DNA of 60,401 bases, from contig CAYMEF010000003.1 of the NCBI GenBank assembly GCA_964389625.1, forward strand, positions 1 to 60,401, read 5' to 3'. Position 1 is the first letter of the stretch, and every line of letters begins with the position of its first letter. The position numbers and the translations under genes are program-made. A model generated the notes under the pieces. It made no database searches and was not told the DNA's origin. It saw nothing but the letters and a program-made list of their open reading frames with translations. Below, one piece after another: positions 1 to 9,852 of the stretch. Origin of the DNA: an uncultured Thermoplasmatales archaeon (GTDB lineage: Archaea; Thermoplasmatota; Thermoplasmata; Thermoplasmatales; GCA-001856825).

Positions 1-505
1 TCTGACAGTAGGTACAATAGAGACCGCTATTAATCCTTTGCAGAGGCTTCCTGCATCTAGAGCAGTACGCATAGATGACTCCCTCATCCTGGGGTTCGAA
101 AGTCATGTCTATCTTTCCCCTCGTAGAGACGACCTTCCCCCTGACAACGTCCCTTGCCTTTACTACCTTGGAACACTGGTCCAGGTAGTGACCAGTTATC
201 CTGCTCGCGTGTACCAGAGCACGTGTCTTGATGCCGTACACCTTCCCCGCCTTTATCAGGTACTCTCCTGCAACAACGACCAGGGGCTCATTGATTTCGG
301 TCACGACACCTATTATCTCGTCTCCGGGTTGAACAACTATGTCTTCCCTGTTCCCCTTGACCTTCACTCTGTAGTCCTGTCCGACTTCAACGTTTCCAAC
401 GTTGGAAGAATATACCCTTCCGTTTTCTTCATACGTCCCACTACCAGCTATGAACTCTTCCTCTGTACCCAAGAACTCACCTGGCAACACTAACCGACCT
501 ACCAT
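1..505 (-). CDS. csl4: Exosome complex RNA-binding subunit Csl4 (3' end runs off window)
   Basis: Not in the ORF track. Manual minus-strand translation from ATG 505 gives MVGRLVLPGEFLGTEEEFIAGSGTYEENGRVYSSNVG...PGDEIIGVV...GVIYAYCSRC...LYCTYC, i.e. Csl4 N-terminal domain, S1 domain and Zn ribbon. It follows the METTL5-like gene, a conserved archaeal order. Confidence 0.9.
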   Translation of the reverse strand, partial: MVGRLVLPGEFLGTEEEFIAGSGTYEENGRVYSSNVGNVEVGQDYRVKVKGNREDIVVQPGDEIIGVVTEINEPLVVVAGEYLIKAGKVYGIKTRALVHASRITGHYLDQCSKVVKARDVVRGKVVSTRGKIDMTFEPQDEGVIYAYCSRCRKPLQRINSGLYCTYCQ

Positions 506-1095
506 ACTTTCACCTTTGACGCTCTAGCTTGAATCATCTTCATCTCTTTCCTGTGAAAATCAAACGAATGGGCAAGGGGGAACTCGACATTCTCAGCCCA
601 GGAAATTTCCCCTTTTCCCTCGATGATCCTTTCCAAGAAATCGCCAGCTTTGTAATTAAGCAGAATATAAAAATCTTTAGAGTATTTCAACGCTTTTTCT
701 ATGAATGGGATGTCGGCATTTCTTTTCTGGCTGCCGAACGGAGGATTCATCACGACCGTATCTACTAAAGTACCGAATTCGGAGACATCATCCTGGATCA
801 ACTCTATCGTGCTACTTGTGTTCAATACGTTCTGCCTGGCAATTTCAAGTGCATCCGGATCGCTATCAATAGCGTAGACCTTTTCAGCTCCTAGCAGACT
901 CGCACCTATAGCAAATATTCCATTTCCGCATCCAAAGTCTGCAACGACCTTACCCTCGATGCAGTCGTCACTCAGTGCGCGATATAGTATCTTGGCCGCA
1001 ATGTGTGGAGGCGTCTGATACTGTTCCAACTCCGCCCTCTTTTGCTTCGTAGGCATAAGCCTCGAAAGTTCTATCTCCAGTGACACCTGCTTCAT
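499..1095 (-). CDS. METTL5-family (COG2263) SAM-dependent RNA N6-adenine methyltransferase
   Basis: LEQYQTPPHIA, VADFGCGNG SAM-binding motif, MNPPFG catalytic motif. Confidence 0.9.
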   Translation of the reverse strand: MKQVSLEIELSRLMPTKQKRAELEQYQTPPHIAAKILYRALSDDCIEGKVVADFGCGNGIFAIGASLLGAEKVYAIDSDPDALEIARQNVLNTSSTIELIQDDVSEFGTLVDTVVMNPPFGSQKRNADIPFIEKALKYSKDFYILLNYKAGDFLERIIEGKGEISWAENVEFPLAHSFDFHRKEMKMIQARASKVKVW

Positions 1096-1388
1096 TCTAC
1101 CATCTGGTTCCTATACTCACATTCCCGGATGTATCTGGAACCTAATCCACATTGGTTTACAGCTATTATCATTAGCGGTCTGGCAGGTTTGCGTGGAACA
1201 TTCTCAAATCTTGGTAATGATGCTTTAAAACAAAATGAGAGCATTTCGCAACGTTCTCCCGCGCATTGATAGCTCCGGTATCTCGAAATGACGTTTAGGA
1301 CGTCTTACATCGATGAAATGTGGAAAAATAAGAATAATTCAAATTAGTCCTTCCGATCCTTTCTCAGTTTTAAGCTTGTGTTTCCTTA

Positions 1389-1661
1389 TCACTCAAGTAC
1401 CGTCTTAACGAGATCCCGTGCGTCCCTCTCCGCCTCTTCTTTGGATTCACCCTTGAGTTTCAGTAAGGCTGTGATGTACTTCTCAGCACGCGATAGCTTC
1501 CAGGTGCTCCTTTCGTGGACTATCTTGACTATGACTTCCGCAATGTCGCTATCTACCTCAAGCCCGAATTTCTCCTTTATTCTGATCTGCCAGAGCTTGA
1601 TCAGAAAGCGAGGGACATAGTCACCCTCTCTCCTTAGTTTCTGGTAGATTCCACTGCTCAT
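1389..1661 (-). CDS. Small helical hypothetical protein
   Basis: 90 aa ATG ORF with charged helical composition and an AT-rich TATA-like element upstream (~1683-1690); no recognised motif. Confidence 0.6.
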   Translation of the reverse strand: MSSGIYQKLRREGDYVPRFLIKLWQIRIKEKFGLEVDSDIAEVIVKIVHERSTWKLSRAEKYITALLKLKGESKEEAERDARDLVKTVLE

Positions 1662-1729
1662 TATCTTTCAAACCACTGATTGTTTAAATATCTTATGGGA
1701 CAATTTTCAAAAAGGGGTATCTTCACTCC

Positions 1730-2647
1730 TCAAAGGATCACCTTTTTCAGGATGATTTTCTCCGCATGGAGCCTGTTCTCAGCCTCTTGAAATATCACGC
1801 TGTTCTTCGAATCGGCCACCCCATTGGTGACCTCGAGACCACGGTGTGCCGGAAGGCAGTGCATGAAAATGTAATCCTTCTTTGCCATTGACACCATTTT
1901 CTCGTTCACCTGGTACTTCTTGAATGCCCTCTCCTTCTCTTCCTTCTCCTTTTCCTCCCCCATGGAGACCCATACGTCCGTATAGACAACATCCGCATTC
2001 GCAACCGCTGCCCTGAAATCGTTCGTCACCTCTATCTCGGATTTGTGCTTCTTCGCAAGAGACTTTGACTCCTCTACGAATTTCTCTGGAGGTTCGTACC
2101 CTTCCGGAGTGGCTATCCAGAAGTTTGCGCCGACTAGACCGGCCGCGAGCATCAGGGAGTTGGAGGTGTTGTTTCCGTCTCCAACGTAAGCTATTTTGAG
2201 CCCCTTCAGTCTCCCCTTCTTCTCCTTGATAGTCATGTAATCGGCAACTATCTGCGTGGGGTGTTCTAGGTTGTCGAGACCATTTATGACTGGTATGGAA
2301 GAGTTTTCTGCGAGTTCCACCACGTTGTCGTGCTCGAATGCCCTATAGAGAACGGCATCCACCATTCCAGAGAGCACTCTCGCTGTATCAGCGACAGTCT
2401 CCCCTCTCCCCATCTGCATGTCCCTGGGTGAAAGGTAAATGGCGTGCCCTCCAAGCTGTGTCATGGCCGTTTCGAAACTGACCCTAGTTCTCGTCGATGC
2501 CTTCTCGAATATCATCGCGAGGGTCTTCCTGTCCAGGGATGAGTCCCTCTTTCCGGACCTGAAACTCTTCTTTAACACGATTCCATCGTCAACGAACTTT
2601 TCGAAATCGTTTTTCATGTCGAGAACTGATATTATGTCCCTCTTCAT
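1730..2647 (-). CDS. argF: Ornithine carbamoyltransferase
   Basis: FEKASTRT carbamoyl-phosphate motif, HPTQ, DVWVSMG, HCLP, QEAENR. Confidence 0.95.
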   Translation of the reverse strand: MKRDIISVLDMKNDFEKFVDDGIVLKKSFRSGKRDSSLDRKTLAMIFEKASTRTRVSFETAMTQLGGHAIYLSPRDMQMGRGETVADTARVLSGMVDAVLYRAFEHDNVVELAENSSIPVINGLDNLEHPTQIVADYMTIKEKKGRLKGLKIAYVGDGNNTSNSLMLAAGLVGANFWIATPEGYEPPEKFVEESKSLAKKHKSEIEVTNDFRAAVANADVVYTDVWVSMGEEKEKEEKERAFKKYQVNEKMVSMAKKDYIFMHCLPAHRGLEVTNGVADSKNSVIFQEAENRLHAEKIILKKVIL

Positions 2648-3510
2648 TTCAGTACCTCCTTCAGCAGAGTTGGAATCTCGTACGGATAGGAGGCGACCTT
2701 GACTCCTGCCTCCTCCAGTGCCTTCACCTTTGACTCTGCGGTACCCTTTCCTCTCGAGATAATGGCTCCAGCGTGTCCCATCCTCTTCCCGGGAGGTGCG
2801 CTTCTACCTGTGATGTAGCTCACCACTGGCTTGTTGAACTTGTCATTTATGTACTCCGCGGCCTCTTCCTCTGCGGTCCCGCCTATCTCCCCTACCATTG
2901 CGATAGCCCTTGTCTGATCGTCGCCTTTGAATTCCTCGAGCGCGTCGATGTAGTTCATCCCCGTCACCGGGTCCCCTCCCAGTCCGATCACCGTGCTCTC
3001 GCCGAGCCCGTTGGTCGTGATCTGGTTCACTATCTCGTACGTCAGGGTACCGCTCCTTGAGATGACACCCACGTTCCCTTTCTTAAATATCTGGTTTGGC
3101 ATTATTCCGAGCTTGCACGAGAACGGCGACGTCACTCCCGGTCCATTTGGTCCTAGCACCTTCTTCCCGAGTTTGTTGGCCAGACTGACTATGCTCATTG
3201 TGTCCTGATACGGCACTTTTTCTGTGAGGATGTATATGAGGTCTATTCCGCTGTCCATTGCCTCTTTGGCGGCATCGAGGACGAAGGGTGCTGCAACCGA
3301 TATGAACGTTGCATTTGGCTCCTCACTCATAGCCTCCCGAACTGTATTGAACACCTTTATACCGTTGACATACGTTCCGCCCTTACCGGGGGATGTCCCT
3401 GCTACCACCTTGGAACCGAAGGTCTGCATCTGCACCGCGTTGAAAGAACCCTGGTGACCGGTTATTCCCTGGACCAGTATCCGTGTTTCCTCGTTTACCA
3501 GTATGCTCAT
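2644..3510 (-). CDS. sucD: Succinyl-CoA synthetase alpha subunit
   Basis: VQGITG, GPNGPG, SRSGTLTYE, GGDP, RMGHAGA (phospho-His). Confidence 0.95.
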   Translation of the reverse strand: MSILVNEETRILVQGITGHQGSFNAVQMQTFGSKVVAGTSPGKGGTYVNGIKVFNTVREAMSEEPNATFISVAAPFVLDAAKEAMDSGIDLIYILTEKVPYQDTMSIVSLANKLGKKVLGPNGPGVTSPFSCKLGIMPNQIFKKGNVGVISRSGTLTYEIVNQITTNGLGESTVIGLGGDPVTGMNYIDALEEFKGDDQTRAIAMVGEIGGTAEEEAAEYINDKFNKPVVSYITGRSAPPGKRMGHAGAIISRGKGTAESKVKALEEAGVKVASYPYEIPTLLKEVLK

Positions 3511-3512
3511 TT

Positions 3513-4613
3513 TTAGCTCACCACCTTTAGTGTTTCTTCTATCGCATCCATCATGTCAGAATAGGCGTCAATCCCGTGTTCCTTCAGGATCTTCCTTCCA
3601 GCATCCTCGTTAACCCCCGAGAGCCTGACAACGATGGGAACGTCAATACCAACTCTCTTCTTCGCCTCTGCAATGCCGTTTGCTACGGTGTCGCAGTGCG
3701 TCACTCCTCCGAATATGTTAATCAGGATTCCCCTTATCTTTGCTTCCTTCAGTATCTGGAAAGCACCAACTACCTTCTCAACGTCGTCGCTTCCGCCTAG
3801 ATCGAGGAAATTTTTCGGCTTGAGGCCCTTCAGCGTCAGTCCGTCAAGCGTTGCCATTGTCAGGCCCGCTCCGTTTGCAATAACTCCTATGTCTCCACCG
3901 AGCTCGACGAGTGAGTATCCTTTCTTGTATGCCATCTCCTCCAAGTCCGTTCTCTCTGCGGGGTTCTCCGACAGGTCCTTGTGCCTGAAGAGCGAGTCCG
4001 AGTCCACGACTACCTTTGCATCCCCCGCAATCATCCTTCCATCCTTAAGTACAACTAGAGGGTTGATCTCCACCAGTTCACAGTCGTAACCGACATAGAG
4101 ACTGAAAATCTTGGAAAGTATGTCCTGGAACTGTTTTGATTCTTCGGGTGACAGTGCAAGCCTGAAAGAAACTTCCCTTCCGATAAACGCGGAATAACCA
4201 ATTGTCGGGTCAATCCAGTACCTGACTATCTTGGAATCTGGGACGTCCTCTATCTCCACTCCGCCAGAGGTGGAAGCGATAATGATCGGTTTTTTTGCGC
4301 TCCTGTCGAGGGTGACCGAGAGGTAGTATTCCTTCGAGATATCTAGCTTCTCTTCCAACAGCAGGCTTCTGACCCTGAGTCCTTTTATGCTCATTCCCAG
4401 GACCTCCCTGCCTTTCTCCTGGAGTTCCTTCGGATCATTTGCAAACTTGATGCCTCCAGCCTTGCCTCTTCCTCCCGTCAGTACTTGTGCCTTCACCACA
4501 ACTGGAAACTTCTCCCACTGTAGCTCCTTATCGTTCGATACTTGTTTCCCGTTGGGTATCGGTATTGCGAATTTCGAGAACAAATTCTTTGCTTGATACT
4601 CGTAGAGATTCAT
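3513..4613 (-). CDS. sucC: Succinyl-CoA synthetase beta subunit
   Basis: MNLYEYQAK, KAQVLTGGRGKAGG, EINPL, NGAGLTMAT, NFLDLGG, NIFGG. Confidence 0.95.
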   Translation of the reverse strand: MNLYEYQAKNLFSKFAIPIPNGKQVSNDKELQWEKFPVVVKAQVLTGGRGKAGGIKFANDPKELQEKGREVLGMSIKGLRVRSLLLEEKLDISKEYYLSVTLDRSAKKPIIIASTSGGVEIEDVPDSKIVRYWIDPTIGYSAFIGREVSFRLALSPEESKQFQDILSKIFSLYVGYDCELVEINPLVVLKDGRMIAGDAKVVVDSDSLFRHKDLSENPAERTDLEEMAYKKGYSLVELGGDIGVIANGAGLTMATLDGLTLKGLKPKNFLDLGGSDDVEKVVGAFQILKEAKIRGILINIFGGVTHCDTVANGIAEAKKRVGIDVPIVVRLSGVNEDAGRKILKEHGIDAYSDMMDAIEETLKVVS

Positions 4614-4651
4614 CTATAATCTACACGAAATGGATGAATGTTATATATCGT

Positions 4652-7015
4652 TTATTGCCCGATGGTCCTTTGCACCAGCCTCTCGTTTATCTCCAATTTC
4701 TCAAGGCCGTTCTTTATTGCCCTCGCAGCTTCGGGAGCGTTGATCTTCTTGAGGAATTCGTCGACAAGTGCTCTGTTGCCAATTCCTCCAAAAGCTATGA
4801 GCTCTTCTACGAGACGCGATACCGTGCTGCTCCCCTCAAAGACCTGCCTTATTCCATCCAGGTTGGCAGAGGTCCAGTTCAAGAGATCTTTTCTGTACTT
4901 CTTGTTGGAGATTGCCTCGAAGATGGAATATATGTAGTTTGCACGATACTCGGGCTTTGACTTTACATAGTCCAGGAACCGAGTTACTTCTTCGTTCTTC
5001 GGGAAATGGCTCATCGCTGACATTACTAGCACAGACTCCATGTCGTTCTCGGGGCTCTTCAGCATGTCCCATAGCAATTCGGAATTGAACTCGTCTATTG
5101 CAGCCGATAGCAGAACGGCTGTCCTCTCTTCAGCCTCCACGCCCGAATACTCCCTCAGTTTCATCTTCTCTGATGCCCTGAAATCCTTATCGTTCAGTGC
5201 CAGACCTATTAGTACCCTCTCCAGGATCACCTTGGAATTTTCGTCTTTGCTCTCCTTGAACACTCCGAGTTTACCTCTCAGGTAGTTGACGGTGAGAGAG
5301 TCCAGCGAGCTGGAATCAACTACGTTCGTAAGATCTGAAAGGATCTCGACTATCCTCAGGACTATGCTGTACTCATCCCTCCCCTTCACCCTGTCTATCA
5401 GTTTCAGGAACTGCTTCAGGTCTATCGTACCCGACTGAAGGAACGCATAGTAGTCGTCAATGAGCTTCATAACGAATTCCGATGACGATTTATCAGTCAA
5501 CATCCTGTCTACAAGACTGCCTTCCAGAAACAGCCTATAGTACCCCTCCCCATTCGGATTGATCGTCAGTCCCTCTGTGTTATTTATTCTAGATTGTTTC
5601 TTCTTCAGCAGAATCTTGCCCTTCTTCCCATTTCTGTCCAAGAAAACGGGGATCTGCCAGACGTAGGAATCGTCATTTCCCAAGTACGAGAACTTTTCCT
5701 GAGTGATCGTCATTGCTCCGTTTTCCTCCCTTACCCTGACCAGGGGGAAGCCTCCCTTTTCTAACCACGATTTCATGAGGCCACTGACGTCCAGCTTGCT
5801 GGAAGCGGATAGGGAAGTCCACAGGTCTTCCCCGGAAGCGTTTGAATATGCATGTGATTTGAGGTACTGGTAAATGCCCTCCCTGTACTTTCCCTCCCCT
5901 ATGAACTGTTCAGTCATCCTGAGAATCGACGCCCCCTTTCCATAACTTATGTCGTCGAATATCTCTGATATTTCGTAGGGATCCTTGACCTCGACCCTGA
6001 TCGGATGTGTGGATAGCAGCCCATCTTTTCTCATAGAGGACAGCGTCTCTTCTCGCTGAAAGTCTTCCCAGAGGTTCCAGTCCTTGTGAACCTTGGCTAG
6101 GATCTTGAATCCTACAAATGTGGCAAAAGATTCGTTGAGCCACAGGTCATCCCACCACTTCATAGTTACTAGATCGCCAAACCACTGGTGGGCAAATTCG
6201 TGCGATACGACGTACGCCACCTGTTTCTTGAACCTGAAGCTCGTCGATTTGTTCACAAGCAGAGCAGTTTCCCTGAAGGTAATAGCGCCCCAGTTCTCCA
6301 TTGCGCCTGCCCCGAACTGTGGTAGAGCAATGAGGTGCATCTTCGGGAGAGGGAAAGGTATCCTGTAATACGCCTCGTACTTCGTATAGAGCTTGCTCAA
6401 CAGGTTTAGGGAGAATTTCCCTTCCTTCGCCTTCCCGGGAGATGTTGCAAGATATAGGGACCTGCCTTTATTCTTCTTAGAAATTGTCTGGAACTTTCCA
6501 ATCCCTAGGTAGAACAGGTAGGTCGACATAGGTGGTGTTTCATCGAACACGAAATGGGACCTTCCATTTACAGATTCCTTCCCGGAGTGCCTCGTGTTGA
6601 AGATTGCTTCCACCTCGTTGTCTACGTCGATTTCTACCTTGAACTTTGCTTTGGCTGCGGGTTCGTCAACGCACGGGAACACCATCCTGGCCCCCGTGGG
6701 TTCCATCTGGGTCGTTATTATGTGCCCCTGGTCATACTTGGCGTCGTGAATGCCCATTAGCGATGTCTCCGATACGCTGCCGGAGAAGTTGATAGTCATC
6801 TGGCTCCATTCTCCTCCTTGCACCGACAATTTCTTGTCTTTTATGCTGAAGGTCGCATCCCGTCCGTCCATCTTGACAGAACTGATCGATAAGCCATCAC
6901 AATCGAGATCCACCGTCCCAGAGAATTTTCCTGTCACGACCTCGACGCATTCGTACTTCAATTCATTAAAGCTAAAGCTAAATTTCAGGTCATATTTTTC
7001 AATGCTGTACATCAC
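4652..7015 (-). CDS. M1 family zinc aminopeptidase (tricorn-interacting factor F2/F3-like)
   Basis: TQMEP, GAMENWG, HEFAHQW...WLNE zinc motif, YGKG. Confidence 0.93.
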   Translation of the reverse strand: MMYSIEKYDLKFSFSFNELKYECVEVVTGKFSGTVDLDCDGLSISSVKMDGRDATFSIKDKKLSVQGGEWSQMTINFSGSVSETSLMGIHDAKYDQGHIITTQMEPTGARMVFPCVDEPAAKAKFKVEIDVDNEVEAIFNTRHSGKESVNGRSHFVFDETPPMSTYLFYLGIGKFQTISKKNKGRSLYLATSPGKAKEGKFSLNLLSKLYTKYEAYYRIPFPLPKMHLIALPQFGAGAMENWGAITFRETALLVNKSTSFRFKKQVAYVVSHEFAHQWFGDLVTMKWWDDLWLNESFATFVGFKILAKVHKDWNLWEDFQREETLSSMRKDGLLSTHPIRVEVKDPYEISEIFDDISYGKGASILRMTEQFIGEGKYREGIYQYLKSHAYSNASGEDLWTSLSASSKLDVSGLMKSWLEKGGFPLVRVREENGAMTITQEKFSYLGNDDSYVWQIPVFLDRNGKKGKILLKKKQSRINNTEGLTINPNGEGYYRLFLEGSLVDRMLTDKSSSEFVMKLIDDYYAFLQSGTIDLKQFLKLIDRVKGRDEYSIVLRIVEILSDLTNVVDSSSLDSLTVNYLRGKLGVFKESKDENSKVILERVLIGLALNDKDFRASEKMKLREYSGVEAEERTAVLLSAAIDEFNSELLWDMLKSPENDMESVLVMSAMSHFPKNEEVTRFLDYVKSKPEYRANYIYSIFEAISNKKYRKDLLNWTSANLDGIRQVFEGSSTVSRLVEELIAFGGIGNRALVDEFLKKINAPEAARAIKNGLEKLEINERLVQRTIGQ

Positions 7016-7122
7016 TTTCTGATTATTACAGAAGGTATAATTGTTTCCTTCCGGTAAAATGTGAAGCTCCTCAACCCAAGTAGTACATGAAAAAAATAAA
7101 AAAATAAATAAAATTATGGGGA

Positions 7123-8235
7123 TTACTTCTTGATCGATTTCTGTCTCAATCTGAGCGCAACTAGGCCAATTGCAATCAGCGCAACTATCCCGACTCCGAT
7201 TGCTGCTTCAATTCCGAGCGAAAGGACTGGGGGTGGCGAGGCATTAGACACGGCAAGTTCGTTCGCAGAGTTCACACTGGCATAACCGTTCGTAGTTATC
7301 GCTGCACTTGGATCAGTCATGAGCTTTATCGAATAATTCTGGCCATTGACGCTCATCGATGAGTTGAGAGAGTAGTTGGACGATGCGTTGTAGTAGAACG
7401 TTGTGCTGTTGGTAGCGCTGTTGTACTGCCTTGCCCACTGGTTGAGCGGTACCGAGAATACTTTGAAGTTTATGGTGTTGTAGTTCATGACGTTTGCTCC
7501 GAACCCACCATCCTCGAAGAATGATCCCAGTTCAAAGTTACCCTGGTCGTTGCCGATGCCACCAAAGCTTCCGAAGTTCCCGAGTTGATTAACGTCCATA
7601 TTGGTGTTCACATAATATTGAAAGTTGAGCCCCATGTTTGGATTGACCATCTGAAGCTGTCCTCTGAAGTCACTCATTAGCTTTCCCTGCACTCCAAATG
7701 CCCTCCAGGACATGTCGATGATAGTCGTGTTGTTACCAACCTTCTTCGTAATGTTGGATATCTTGAGGTCGATTGTCAGGTTCCGGTAAACGGTCAGATT
7801 TGTAGCCGATGCGAATGCGTGCATCTGATACTTGAGCGTCGCATTTACAACGTGCATCACTGGTAGATGGGTCGAGTTAGTCGTTGTGTTCGTAGTGGAA
7901 TTGGTGGTTGTGTTCTCTGACGTAGCTGCATCCATTGCGTGCGCCTGATCGTTTCCTTGCTGGTCTTTGTACTCATTCATGTCTCCGCCAAGCTGCATCT
8001 TTCCTGTCGAATTCAGGTATGATGTGGCGTTGAACCATATTACCGTTCCGTTCAATGCCTTGGAGGTCGAGCTGTTGTTAGGGTAGTTGTAGTACAGTAC
8101 ATAGTTGCTGGTTGCATTGACGTACCCCTCGTTCGTCTTTGTGTTGATTGTGGCGTGAATCACCGTCGCAGAGCTGAGTGGCACTGCCAAAAGGGCGGCG
8201 ACTACTACCAGCGTCAATATTAATGCACTCCTCAT
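7123..8235 (-). CDS. Secreted, C-terminally membrane-anchored surface glycoprotein
   Basis: N-terminal hydrophobic signal peptide, many N-x-S/T sequons, Thr/Asn-rich linker (TTTNSTTNTTTNST), C-terminal TM helix followed by RLRQKSIKK. Confidence 0.75.
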   Translation of the reverse strand: MRSALILTLVVVAALLAVPLSSATVIHATINTKTNEGYVNATSNYVLYYNYPNNSSTSKALNGTVIWFNATSYLNSTGKMQLGGDMNEYKDQQGNDQAHAMDAATSENTTTNSTTNTTTNSTHLPVMHVVNATLKYQMHAFASATNLTVYRNLTIDLKISNITKKVGNNTTIIDMSWRAFGVQGKLMSDFRGQLQMVNPNMGLNFQYYVNTNMDVNQLGNFGSFGGIGNDQGNFELGSFFEDGGFGANVMNYNTINFKVFSVPLNQWARQYNSATNSTTFYYNASSNYSLNSSMSVNGQNYSIKLMTDPSAAITTNGYASVNSANELAVSNASPPPVLSLGIEAAIGVGIVALIAIGLVALRLRQKSIKK

Positions 8236-8306
8236 AGAACAAAGACCGTACCCAATATTAACTAACTATTGGTACAAGATTCGAAAATTAGTACAATTTT
8301 CTTCTC

Positions 8307-9245
8307 CTACGGATACTTTTCAACAGACTTTATTTCGAGCTGCGCTTCCTGGAATTCTTGGTCCTTGATCTTGCCTATCGACTTGAAGAATGAATCCAGG
8401 CTGCTCTTCTCGAATATCATCGTCACCTTGGACTTCTCCCCCATTATCTCGACGTCATAGTTGAATGGAAGATCTACATCGGACATCTTGTACGGGTCTA
8501 TGAGTATCCCCTGCTCTGGAACTATGGCATGGAACACCTTCGCTCCGGACTCTGACTTGTGTATTAGCTTGAACTCCTTTGCCTCTTTTTGCAGAGCCCG
8601 CTCCCACTCAGGGAAGTCGCCATCTATCTCGTAGAACACGTTCAGGAATCCAGACCTGTCAACGCTCCTGACAGAAATCTTTGCCCGAAAGTTCTTGTTA
8701 GATTTTGCATACTTTATTGTGAACGAATTGGTCGGTACCACATAGAATACGAGCTTCTTCATCTCCCACCCCTTTTCGTTCTCTAGCAGCCAGTCCTTGT
8801 CACTCCTGATCGGTCCCAGGTAGTCTATGCTGAAGAAGTCCCTCTTCTCCGAATCCTTGAAAACTATCCTCTGAAGTTCAGCAGACGACTTGAAGAACTT
8901 CATCCTTATTATTATGTCTCCATCAGAGACGAATATAGGGACGTCTATAAGAGCGTTGTTGACGGCGAGTAGGGCGTCTACCATTTCACAGACGTAACAC
9001 TCTTCACTAACGTTCAAAGAGAGACCAGCCTTTCTGTCGACGAATTCATACCCTCTCGACCTGATGGCCTTCCTGAGCTCGTCCATAGTTTTACCTCCCC
9101 TGAGGTAGGTAACAACCGCCTCCGTCTTCTCCCCTCTCATGTAGTAGTTTAGGTAACCGTTAAAGGCGTAAACCCTCGAGAAATAACTGATGGGAGATCT
9201 CATGTCCTGGAATCTTACAACCATCTCGCTGTCGAATTCTACCAT
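8307..9245 (-). CDS. Hypothetical soluble protein, probable paralog of 37456..38295
   Basis: 312 aa ATG ORF; shares pattern DGDIIIRMKFFKS...FSIDYLGP with GEDLMIDYRFHNS...FKIGGMGK. Confidence 0.7.
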   Translation of the reverse strand: MVEFDSEMVVRFQDMRSPISYFSRVYAFNGYLNYYMRGEKTEAVVTYLRGGKTMDELRKAIRSRGYEFVDRKAGLSLNVSEECYVCEMVDALLAVNNALIDVPIFVSDGDIIIRMKFFKSSAELQRIVFKDSEKRDFFSIDYLGPIRSDKDWLLENEKGWEMKKLVFYVVPTNSFTIKYAKSNKNFRAKISVRSVDRSGFLNVFYEIDGDFPEWERALQKEAKEFKLIHKSESGAKVFHAIVPEQGILIDPYKMSDVDLPFNYDVEIMGEKSKVTMIFEKSSLDSFFKSIGKIKDQEFQEAQLEIKSVEKYP

Positions 9246-9428
9246 ATGGTTCGTCAGGCATTCGTTGGTTTAATAATTTGTGTAATTATAGAACATACTG
9301 GATGGATGCGAAATGAAGCGCACTTTGGCCGTTTATTTCGCTATGAGTATGTAGATTCTGGTTACTTAGGACGGTATGACTAAGTTTATAAGCTTTTTTG
9401 TATTTACTAGAACGTCAAGTGAGACCAT

Positions 9429-9845
9429 ATGACACTGGTAGAACAAACATTCACTGTTGGACCTATTACCGTTGACCTAATGGCTAAGGCAATATCTAAT
9501 GGGATGAGCAGGCAGAGCAAGAGGATGAGTGAGCAGGAAGCCTATGACATAGCCTTCCATGTCCTCAACTTCTTTGGATATAGTAGGTACGTGATCGACA
9601 ACATGCTGGAGCCGGAAGACAGAGATGCATTCTATATGTTGGAGGACCTAGGTATCTTAGATACCGAGAGAGAGGAGACAACTCTTTTTGATGGCAGAGA
9701 GTGGAGAATCCACTACTGGTTGATCCGTCCGGAGAACGTAAGAAAGCTTGCGTTCAACAGTGGAGTCAGAACGGAGGAAGTCATGTCCACTGAGTCCATG
9801 ATATATGACGGGCTCCCAGAAGATATATGGAAGATGAAGTTCTAG
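9429..9845 (+). CDS. DUF6015-like conserved Thermoplasmata protein
   Basis: LNFFGY...IDNMLEPEDRDAFYMLEDLGIL.TEREE..L.DGREWRIHYW pattern recalled for this family; TATA-like TTTATAAG at ~9385. Confidence 0.7.
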   Translation: MTLVEQTFTVGPITVDLMAKAISNGMSRQSKRMSEQEAYDIAFHVLNFFGYSRYVIDNMLEPEDRDAFYMLEDLGILDTEREETTLFDGREWRIHYWLIRPENVRKLAFNSGVRTEEVMSTESMIYDGLPEDIWKMKF

Positions 9846-9852
9846 AAGATAA

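Noticed and set aside
38-493. 151 aa plus-strand ORF
   Set aside because: Antisense shadow of csl4, which has clear family motifs on the minus strand
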